This document shows positions 1 to 6,645 of a stretch of 64,000 nucleotides of DNA, piece after piece. The stretch is from positions 62,001-126,000 of the IMG/VR virus record IMGVR_UViG_3300003322_000571. The stretch is one strand, 5' to 3'. Numbering within the stretch: position 1 is the stretch's first letter; each line of letters opens with the position of its first letter. Under the pieces are notes generated by a model. The model saw only the letters and a program-made list of their open reading frames with translations. It did not search any database and had not been told where the DNA came from. A program made the position numbers and the translations under genes.

Positions 1-183
1 TGTAGAGCAGATGCGAAGAACTTCACGCTTGAACAGCGATCGTCCGTATTTCCTGACGCTAGCTCTGATACGATTACCCGAACCTAAATAGTCATCTGTG
101 CTCGCATTCTCCCCTGAATGTACGCCAATGTAAAATTGGTTTGTGTCAATGTTGACGGTCTTGTAAACAATGTGCTCTCTCAT
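1..183 (-). CDS. Seg-like GIY-YIG homing endonuclease, N-terminal part (truncated by window edge; absent from the ORF track)
   Basis: Reverse strand reads GGAGG-N6-ATG then MREHIVYKTVNIDTNQFYIGVHSGENASTDDYLGSGNRIRASVRKYGRSLFKREVL, matching the Seg family pattern (VY..N....YIG.H....D.Y.GSG...KYG...FKRE.L). ATAAATA lies upstream (201-207). Confidence 0.88.
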   Translation of the reverse strand, partial: MREHIVYKTVNIDTNQFYIGVHSGENASTDDYLGSGNRIRASVRKYGRSLFKREVLRICST

Positions 184-292
184 GATACCCCTCCAACGCT
201 TATTTATGGACTTGCATTGCGATTGGTCCAGACTTCCCTGAGAAGATCGATCCGATCACTCGTCAACTCAAGTTGTACAACTAAGTACACCT

Positions 293-390
293 GCCAGCGT
301 TTCTAATATTGGCCTTAGGGGTGCCCTTATAAAGCACTAAGACCCGTCTAGATCAGGCGGTTAATGTGGGTTCGATTCCCATCGCTGGTA
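293..390 (+). tRNA. tRNA with anticodon UAU (Ile/AUA by anticodon) and a long variable arm
   Basis: Acceptor GCCAGCG/CGCTGGT with discriminator A390; D-arm TCTAA/TTAGG; anticodon arm GTGCC-CTTATAA-AGCAC; variable stem CCGTCT/AGGCGG; T-arm GTGGG-TTCGATT-CCCAT. CCA is not encoded. Confidence 0.88.
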
Positions 391-434
391 CACACAACCC
401 TAATATTTCTGTTGGGGTAACGTACTCAACCATA

Positions 435-440
435 TATACT
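435..440 (+). promoter_or_regulatory. sigma70-type -10 element (TATACT) for the small-RNA transcript starting at ~447
   Basis: TATACT ends 6 nt before the first paired base of the Y-like RNA; no clear -35. Confidence 0.5.
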
Positions 441-446
441 TTCTTC

Positions 447-515
447 AGCTGTTGCGTAGTTCAAGGGTTACTTCTTTTGGTGAAACTATCCCCTTGACGT
501 TTTAATCTCAGCTTT
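447..515 (+). ncRNA. candidate minimal Y RNA (Ro60 ligand)
   Basis: Terminal stem AGCTG(447-451)/CAGCT(509-513) with a U tail; helix GT[T]CAAGGG(459-467)/CCCTTGAC(491-498) with a single bulged pyrimidine, as in the GU[C]CGAG/CUUGAC Ro60 site of animal Y RNAs; 1.1 kb upstream of a Ro60 gene. Confidence 0.65.
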
Positions 516-526
516 AACATATGTAC

Positions 527-588
527 GCACGTGGGTGCAAGGTTAACTGTTCCCGTCTCATGACCGGACGTTAGTCTCCACGCTGCCA
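527..588 (+). ncRNA. tRNA-like remnant or mimic with a CAU-type loop, ending in CCA, with no T-arm
   Basis: GCACGTGG/CCACG[C]TGC closing stem, GGTTAA D-loop-like segment, CTCATGA (557-563), CCA at 586-588, followed by a terminator. Confidence 0.4.
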
Positions 589-599
589 ACTTTTGGTTG

Positions 600-640
600 A
601 AGCCCTGGTATGCAACACTGCTACCAGGGCTTTTCCTTTT
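600..640 (+). terminator. intrinsic terminator of the RNA cluster
   Basis: AAGCCCTGGTA...TACCAGGGCTT followed by TTCCTTTT. Confidence 0.8.
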
Positions 641-652
641 TGGAGAAAATAA

Positions 653-1057
653 ATGTCGCTAGGTACAATTAAAGATGTCGTAATTGCTACGGTGGATGTC
701 GCTAATCTCAACAATCGCGTTTACCCAAAGAACGTGATTGAAGAAGCTGTTCGTCAGCGTGTTCATCCGATTTTCGGCCGAGTCGGTATGCCGGAAGCAG
801 GATCGTCTTGTGAGGTCGACCTTCGTGATGTATCACATCAAGTTACCGATCTCCGAATCACCGAAGATGGTAACTTGACTGGCACAGTTGTCGTCCTTGA
901 CACGCCTCCCGGTAGGTTGCTGACATCATTGTTGACAGAGAACCTCGACATCACCTTCCGCATGGCAGGATATGGTGATCTAATTGATAAGGATGGATAC
1001 ACAGAAGTGACCAACTTTCGTCTATCATCGATCAATGCTGTCGCAGACGGTGCTTGA
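653..1057 (+). CDS. T4 gp21-like prohead protease paralog, catalytic residues lost
   Basis: NLNNRVYP, GRVGMP (cf. GELNHP), VSH, LDTPPG, TFRMAGYG (cf. GVSSRGLG), SINAV (cf. GVDAV). Confidence 0.8.
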   Translation: MSLGTIKDVVIATVDVANLNNRVYPKNVIEEAVRQRVHPIFGRVGMPEAGSSCEVDLRDVSHQVTDLRITEDGNLTGTVVVLDTPPGRLLTSLLTENLDITFRMAGYGDLIDKDGYTEVTNFRLSSINAVADGA

Positions 1058-1075
1058 TCTCATTAAGGGTCAACC

Positions 1076-1375
1076 ATGAAACTCCTCGAAGAACTTGAAG
1101 CACAGTTTACTGATGGTCGTCAACTGTCTTCTGAACTGTTTGGTTACATCTTGCGTTGGTATCAAACAGGTGAGATCGACAAAGTTGATGAGCTGCTGAA
1201 GTCGATCGAGTTCAAGCCCACGATGCTGCATGTTGCTGCTGGCGTGATCCGTATCACAGCAGGCTGGCGACACCTTCTTCCGTCTTGGGAAGAAGCAAAG
1301 GATCGGGCGGTGTTGGCGATCACGGAAAGTGGTCATGATCCTCACAAGCTGTTAATGGGAGTTCGTCCGTTATGA
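1076..1375 (+). CDS. hypothetical protein
   Basis: SD present; stop overlaps the next start. Confidence 0.7.
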   Translation: MKLLEELEAQFTDGRQLSSELFGYILRWYQTGEIDKVDELLKSIEFKPTMLHVAAGVIRITAGWRHLLPSWEEAKDRAVLAITESGHDPHKLLMGVRPL

Positions 1376-1560
1376 AACGTGACATCAAAGATCATCCGTT
1401 ATTGAAAACGATGACGGCTGAGCAACTGTTGCAAATGCTCGTTGATGTTCGAGAAGTTGCATGGGTCGAAGGCCAAGATGGACGAACGAAAGAAGATTTT
1501 TACAACGCTTTAACGCAAATTTGTCGCATCACACGTGATGTTGACAACTACCATTTTTAA
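1372..1560 (+). CDS. hypothetical protein
   Basis: ATGA coupling with the previous ORF. Confidence 0.65.
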   Translation: MKRDIKDHPLLKTMTAEQLLQMLVDVREVAWVEGQDGRTKEDFYNALTQICRITRDVDNYHF

Positions 1561-1573
1561 CTGGAGAAACGAT

Positions 1574-3250
1574 ATGTCAAAACTCAATCCAACTGGTCGT
1601 AACGTTACGACAAACATTGTTGCGGTTGCTGCGAACCGTGGTGAACAGCTTGCTGTTTCTGCGAATGGCAACTTGCAATTCAAGAAGGACTCCTACCAGA
1701 CGTTGTACGAAACAACTGTTTCGACGATGCTTGGCAAGGGCAACCAACTGAATTCTGCTGATGCGCTTGTGCAAAAGCTGAAGGCGTCCGTTCGTTCTGT
1801 TGTTGCTGATGGCGCCAGCTCATTCGACTTCATTGCGAACCTCGCAATCCACGCACGTACGGAGATGAACGTCCGTACGATCCCAATCGTTCTTGTGGTT
1901 GAATTTGCGAAGGCGCTCGCCGATCAGCGTCAACCGTTGGTTGCACGTGTTGATGCGATTGAACAAGAACTGACTACAGCTCGTAAGGCTAAGCGTGCGA
2001 CTTCGTCAATCGTTGAGCGCCTGACTGCAGCTCGCGAAGACGCTGAAATCTACACGTATGGCAACATGCGTCAGCTCGTCAATGACGTGATTCAGCGTGC
2101 CGACCAGATCACTGATCTGTACGCATATGCACTGCAAGTGTTCGGTGGCAAGAACAAGATCCCGATGGCGATCAAGCGTGGTGTTGCTGATGCTTTCAAC
2201 AAGTTCAGCGAATACGCGTTCGCGAAGTACAACCGTGACGGTGCTGTCAAGTTCCGTGACGTCCTTCGTATCGTTCACCCAACTGCTTCGACGATCAAGC
2301 AAGGCGAAATCTTTGACAAGATCATGAAGGATACGCTTTCCGTCCCGTACACTTGGGAAACTGAGTTGTCGGCCAACGGTCAGAAGCCAGTTGCAGAACG
2401 TCTGACGCAGAAGCAGCTGTGGACGCAGCTCGTCACGTCTGGTAAGGTCGGTTACATGGCGTTGCTCCGCAACCTGCGTAACATCATCAGTGCTGGTCTT
2501 GATGACGATGTTGTCAAGAAGCATGTTCTCGATGTGATCTCCGATCCTGCACGCGTTGCAAAGAGCAAGCAATTGCCGTATGACTTCATTGAAGCATACA
2601 ACATCGTCAAGCCACTTGACGGTCGTTTCGCAACCGCAGTGTCGAAGGCACTTGATGCTAGTGCTGCGAACTTGCCAGAACTTGGTAAGCGCGTGTGGCT
2701 GATTGTTGACTACTCCGGCTCGATGGGTCATGGTCCGACTTCTGCATTCGGCGGTGGTGTGTTCCTCGCTTCGGCATTGCTGAAGGCTGCAGGTTCGACT
2801 GCTTCTCGTCTTGCTGTGACGTTGTTCGGTTCGACTGCATTGACGTTGAAAGACGTTGATACGAACCATTCGATGCTCGGTCTCCAGCAGATCCTCGAAA
2901 GCTACCGTAAGGATGGCATCAGCGGTTCGACGAATTTCCGTGCAGCTCTTGACCAGAAGTCTCAGCTCGGTTTCGAACCTGACACGATCATTGTGATCAC
3001 TGACGGTGAAGTCAATGGCTTCCCGTACGGCGTGATCAAGAACGTTGCAGGTCGTAGCGTGATGAAGATGGCAGTCAACATGTCTGTTGCAACATCGACT
3101 CCGATGTCGCAGCATGACGGCTGGTATTCAATGGCAGGCTGGTCTCCAGCTATGTTCAAGTGGATCCCGGCAATGCGTGACGCCGGTTCTGTAATCGAAC
3201 AGCTTGCTGTTCCTTACAAGGGTGTCCCTTCAGCTAAGGTTGAAGAATAA
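1574..3250 (+). CDS. rsr: Ro60/Rsr-like TROVE + vWA RNA-binding protein
   Basis: TROVE features (IQRADQIT, KRGVADAFNKFSEYAFAKY, RDVLRIVHP, TWETELS, GYMALLRNLRN, SKQLPY) plus vWA MIDAS (DYSGSM, GSTNF, ITDGE). Start set at the ATG after GGAGA. Confidence 0.93.
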   Translation: MSKLNPTGRNVTTNIVAVAANRGEQLAVSANGNLQFKKDSYQTLYETTVSTMLGKGNQLNSADALVQKLKASVRSVVADGASSFDFIANLAIHARTEMNVRTIPIVLVVEFAKALADQRQPLVARVDAIEQELTTARKAKRATSSIVERLTAAREDAEIYTYGNMRQLVNDVIQRADQITDLYAYALQVFGGKNKIPMAIKRGVADAFNKFSEYAFAKYNRDGAVKFRDVLRIVHPTASTIKQGEIFDKIMKDTLSVPYTWETELSANGQKPVAERLTQKQLWTQLVTSGKVGYMALLRNLRNIISAGLDDDVVKKHVLDVISDPARVAKSKQLPYDFIEAYNIVKPLDGRFATAVSKALDASAANLPELGKRVWLIVDYSGSMGHGPTSAFGGGVFLASALLKAAGSTASRLAVTLFGSTALTLKDVDTNHSMLGLQQILESYRKDGISGSTNFRAALDQKSQLGFEPDTIIVITDGEVNGFPYGVIKNVAGRSVMKMAVNMSVATSTPMSQHDGWYSMAGWSPAMFKWIPAMRDAGSVIEQLAVPYKGVPSAKVEE

Positions 3251-3282
3251 CACTCGTTGAAGGTCAACGACCAACGCAAGAT

Positions 3283-3310
3283 AATAGCCCCGAAAGGGGC
3301 TATTCCTTTT
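3283..3310 (+). terminator. intrinsic terminator after Ro60
   Basis: AATAGCCCC-GAAA-GGGGCTATT-CCTTTT. Confidence 0.8.
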
Positions 3311-3322
3311 GGAGAATACAAA

Positions 3323-3748
3323 ATGGACAACAGAATTTTCAATGTCAACGGACGTGGCCTATCGATGTTGACGTCAACGCTTAAGCTAGCGTTTTGGCAA
3401 AATGCAGGATGCTATGACAAGAGTCAAGACACTGAAACAGTCAAGGGATACACCGTCGAAAAAGACAAAGGCTTGATTTTGCTCTGGGCTGTTGACGAAA
3501 AAGATCCATCACATCAAAAATTCATCGCACCGTTGACAGCTGAAGCCGTCGCACCGCTCGTTGATTTGTGGCTGAAGTCAGACGAAGCGAAACAAATCCC
3601 GTTTGAGCGATGGGAGGATGATTGCGATCATGACGGACACAACACTCTCGGTTGGCGTGTATATTGTGAAGATTGGGGCCATGTAGGAAGGGCAGGATGG
3701 CATGCAACAATTGCAATCAAGCCTGTTTATCTGTGGCACGGCAAATAA
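3323..3748 (+). CDS. hypothetical protein
   Basis: GGAGA SD before ATG 3323; Trp/Gly-rich C-terminus. Confidence 0.75.
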   Translation: MDNRIFNVNGRGLSMLTSTLKLAFWQNAGCYDKSQDTETVKGYTVEKDKGLILLWAVDEKDPSHQKFIAPLTAEAVAPLVDLWLKSDEAKQIPFERWEDDCDHDGHNTLGWRVYCEDWGHVGRAGWHATIAIKPVYLWHGK

Positions 3749-3813
3749 GGGGATAGGTAACTCCTCAACTATTACCTGTAAGTAACGATAACCATAACTA
3801 AAAAGGGTCACTT

Positions 3814-5136
3814 ATGTCAAGTCATGTATTGACGCTCTTCAACCCGATTGTTAGAGCGATTAAAAAGGGATACGTTCAGTATCAGAATCGAAAAGAAGAT
3901 AAAGCGTGGAACACTCTCCGTGCGGAAGAACTTGCAAAACTCGATAGTAAATCTCATAATTGGTACACCGTATTGGTCGATAATCAACTGAAGACAGTTC
4001 GTGGCCAAAAGGAATTGAACGCGAACCGCCAACAAAAGGTTGATGCATCGTACTTCGAATTCTTGTTCAAACTGGGATGCAAGGTTGCACGAGAGTATGC
4101 TGTACTACCAAACATCATCGGCATGCAGCCGTTGCATAGTCCTGTTGGTTTGGTGTATCACATGGAGTACACACAAAAACCAGTCACTTCAGAGCAAAAT
4201 GATGTTGGAAGTGCCGATATCGGTAAGTATCGCCTTGAAGTGATCAGTCATGCTGTCGTTGCATTGACTGAAAGGTTGAGCACCCACGTTGATCCTAACG
4301 TAGCTACTGTCCTGGGACAGAAGGATAAGACACTAGTTGACAAGTTAGTTGACGTTCTCGGGGGAGAAATCGCTCGTGAAATGCTGATTGACATTCTTAA
4401 CGATTTGAGACATCTCGGTCGTCAGAACAGAAATCACTTTGAAGTCATCACCGCATCTGACAGTCATAAAGCAGTATATCTCAACAAAATCTGCAATGAG
4501 ATTGCTGCAGAAACACGACGAGGCCCTGCGAATTGGATTATCGCATCGATTTCAACGGTTTCGAAATTGCAAAGTGCGCCGTTCTCATACTTTAGCTCTG
4601 GTAAGTCCAACCGTGATAGCAGTTTGCTGTTAATGCACGTTGGTCGGCTTAATGGAGTAATTGAAGTTTACGCTTCAACAGAGGTCAAAGACGATGAGAT
4701 TTTGATTGGCTACATGGGCGGTAACGGCGCCACAGATACAGGTTACGTATTTGCTCCATATATTCCTGTTGTTCCAGGTAATGTTGTACTTGATCCTGTA
4801 ACACTTGAGCCGATGGTTGAATTCATGACTCGCTACGGTAAAACCGCATTTAAGAATCTGTCGGACGATTTTGGCAACCTTGTAATCCCACGTCATTCTA
4901 CAGGTGAAAAATACTACCGCATTGTTGAATTCGCAGAACCTAAAGAAGGCGTATACGATCCAACCGCGCTCGTTGAAGATTTTGTGTTCCCTGCGACTAA
5001 AGAACCTCAGTTTCTTGCACCTCTAACAGAGCAATTGCTTGGTAAATCGAACCTTAATATCGAAGAAGACTCGTCTGTTGAGTTGAAAACAAACCTTCCA
5101 GATAGTACTGAGGTGAACGATAAACCGTTCGTATAA
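3814..5136 (+). CDS. divergent T4 gp23/gp24-family capsid protein paralog
   Basis: IIGMQPLHSPVGLVY, TRRGPANWIIAS, GRLNGVIEVY, LIGYMG...DTGYVFAPYIP, DPVTLEP...FMTRYG. Confidence 0.85.
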   Translation: MSSHVLTLFNPIVRAIKKGYVQYQNRKEDKAWNTLRAEELAKLDSKSHNWYTVLVDNQLKTVRGQKELNANRQQKVDASYFEFLFKLGCKVAREYAVLPNIIGMQPLHSPVGLVYHMEYTQKPVTSEQNDVGSADIGKYRLEVISHAVVALTERLSTHVDPNVATVLGQKDKTLVDKLVDVLGGEIAREMLIDILNDLRHLGRQNRNHFEVITASDSHKAVYLNKICNEIAAETRRGPANWIIASISTVSKLQSAPFSYFSSGKSNRDSSLLLMHVGRLNGVIEVYASTEVKDDEILIGYMGGNGATDTGYVFAPYIPVVPGNVVLDPVTLEPMVEFMTRYGKTAFKNLSDDFGNLVIPRHSTGEKYYRIVEFAEPKEGVYDPTALVEDFVFPATKEPQFLAPLTEQLLGKSNLNIEEDSSVELKTNLPDSTEVNDKPFV

Positions 5137-5154
5137 CAATAAGGAATAAAAACC

Positions 5155-5325
5155 ATGTCCAATCAAGTTACTTTCCCAAAGGGCAAGCAAGTCAATCGCA
5201 GTGGTGAACGCACTCGTTTGACGCGTCAAACGACCGTCACTGTTATCCGTAGCGAACCAGCTCGTGACGGCAAGACTCGCGTGTTCTGGAAGTCGCATCG
5301 CGGCGAAGCTAACGCACTCGTCTAA
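5155..5325 (+). CDS. small basic protein, 56 aa (not in track)
   Basis: AAGGA SD, MSNQVTFPKGKQVNRSG...; terminator follows. Confidence 0.7.
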   Translation: MSNQVTFPKGKQVNRSGERTRLTRQTTVTVIRSEPARDGKTRVFWKSHRGEANALV

Positions 5326-5346
5326 TCACAATAGACATTGATCATC

Positions 5347-5372
5347 AACACCGCCCTCGTGGCGGTGTTTTT
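5347..5372 (+). terminator. intrinsic terminator
   Basis: AACACCGCC-CTCGT-GGCGGTGTT-TTT. Confidence 0.8.
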
Positions 5373-5406
5373 GTTCCTGTTTGTTTTCCCCTGCAACTAT
5401 AAGATA

Positions 5407-5681
5407 GTCCGTGAAATACCGGGCGCAATTATGGCTTTGGGAGGTTAGCGTTCGTGCTAATATACCATTCGTTAGGCGGCTTGCAGCGCATAGAACGATA
5501 AACGGCGGAGGGATCCAGGCGTCAATGCCTCCCTTGACTGAAGCAAAACTGATTGACTAACCTTTGATAAAGGCGGCGGGGTACGGCTCTGCTAGTGACC
5601 GGCTGGCCTAACTTCGTGTTGCATAACTACGCTGGGAATCCCGGCTATACCTCCATCGTTTGCATGAGATAACCGGTGGAC
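5407..5681 (+). ncRNA. candidate ~275-nt structured RNA of unknown family
   Basis: No credible ORF in the gap; nested helices 5407-5422/5673-5681, 5423-5433/5622-5632, 5471-5477/5606-5612; possible pseudoknots 5521-5526/5552-5557 and 5440-5449/5644-5654; -10-like TATAAGAT at 5398-5405. Confidence 0.5.
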
Positions 5682-5696
5682 ATTTAAGGAGAGATT

Positions 5697-6257
5697 ATGA
5701 AAGAGATTGAGCGAAAATTCTTGGTTAACTCTGCTCAGTTCAACAGAGACATCAGTGTGCTCGAGAACTACGGAGTGGACATTGTCAAGTATTCGATCAT
5801 GCAAGGTTACTTGTCGACGGGTATTGATATGCCGATTCGCATCCGGCATCGATCGCATTTTGATCCAGTTGCCGTTGCAACGGTCGATGCTTACACGATG
5901 ACTGTTAAGGCTAATCGTACTGGTATCACGTGCGATGAGATCGAGTTCGATATCCCTGGTGATAAGTTTAATCAGCTGTTTAGGCTTTGTGGTGATAACG
6001 TTCTGGTAAAGTCGCGTTATGTCGTACCTTATCGAGGCAGTATTTGGGAAGTTGACATGTTTCATGGGGACTTACAAGGCCTTGTTGTTGCGGAGATTGA
6101 ATTGCAACATGAGGATGATCTTTTCGTACATCCTGTGTGGGTTGATACTCAAGTAACTGCCGACTCGCGGTATGCTAATGCGAACCTCGTGAAGCAGACG
6201 TTTGACATCCTAAGTAACGAATTGGTATGGAAGAATGTTGAACGATTTAGGGTTTAA
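5697..6257 (+). CDS. CYTH-domain (triphosphate tunnel) protein
   Basis: EIERKFLV, IMQGYL, RIR, KSRY, WEVDMFHG..GLVVAEIEL. Confidence 0.9.
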   Translation: MKEIERKFLVNSAQFNRDISVLENYGVDIVKYSIMQGYLSTGIDMPIRIRHRSHFDPVAVATVDAYTMTVKANRTGITCDEIEFDIPGDKFNQLFRLCGDNVLVKSRYVVPYRGSIWEVDMFHGDLQGLVVAEIELQHEDDLFVHPVWVDTQVTADSRYANANLVKQTFDILSNELVWKNVERFRV

Positions 6258-6274
6258 AGGTTAAAGTCACCAAC

Positions 6275-6472
6275 ATGAGCAAACCACACTATCACAAAGA
6301 CGAACGCGGCATTCTGCAAAAGTGCTATCACGGTGCACAGAATTTGCTGACCGATTACAAGTTTTGGATCGGCGTCACATTGAGTTTCCCTCTCGAACAT
6401 TTCATCTGGGAGAAGCTGTGGCCTTTCTATCTGATCTCCGAATGGCTCGGTCTAATTGACCATCTCCACTGA
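6275..6472 (+). CDS. small membrane protein
   Basis: Hydrophobic FWIGVTLSFPLEHFIWEKLWPF segment. Confidence 0.65.
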   Translation: MSKPHYHKDERGILQKCYHGAQNLLTDYKFWIGVTLSFPLEHFIWEKLWPFYLISEWLGLIDHLH

Positions 6473-6645
6473 TGGACGAGTTTAATCCGTACGATCCTGA
6501 GCTTGCGCAACAGATCACAGAACATGCACAGAGATTACTAGATGGTCTTTTGAAGAGTTCCCATCTGCAAAGTAACTCTCCTGTCCAACAGTGGTTCGAA
6601 GCCAATCCACAACTACCTTTCAATGATTTCTGGAATCCAAAATGA
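6472..6645 (+). CDS. hypothetical 57-aa protein (not in track)
   Basis: MDEFNPYDPELAQQI...; translationally coupled at both ends. Confidence 0.55.
   Translation: MDEFNPYDPELAQQITEHAQRLLDGLLKSSHLQSNSPVQQWFEANPQLPFNDFWNPK

Noticed and set aside
118-306. 62-aa + strand ORF in the track
   Set aside because: It overlaps the better-supported minus-strand GIY-YIG gene, its promoter and the tRNA 5' end, and has no SD.
1076-1375. MKLLEELE as a capsid-targeting leader
   Set aside because: No late promoter upstream, unlike the other candidates.
5407-5681. Firm identification as RNase P RNA, tmRNA or a group I/II intron
   Set aside because: There is no GAAAGUC or P1 for RNase P, no T-loop or G3-U70 alanine stem for tmRNA, the S-like AAGATAGTCC precedes rather than follows the R-like GACTA, and there is no complete domain V. 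Kept only as an unknown ncRNA.
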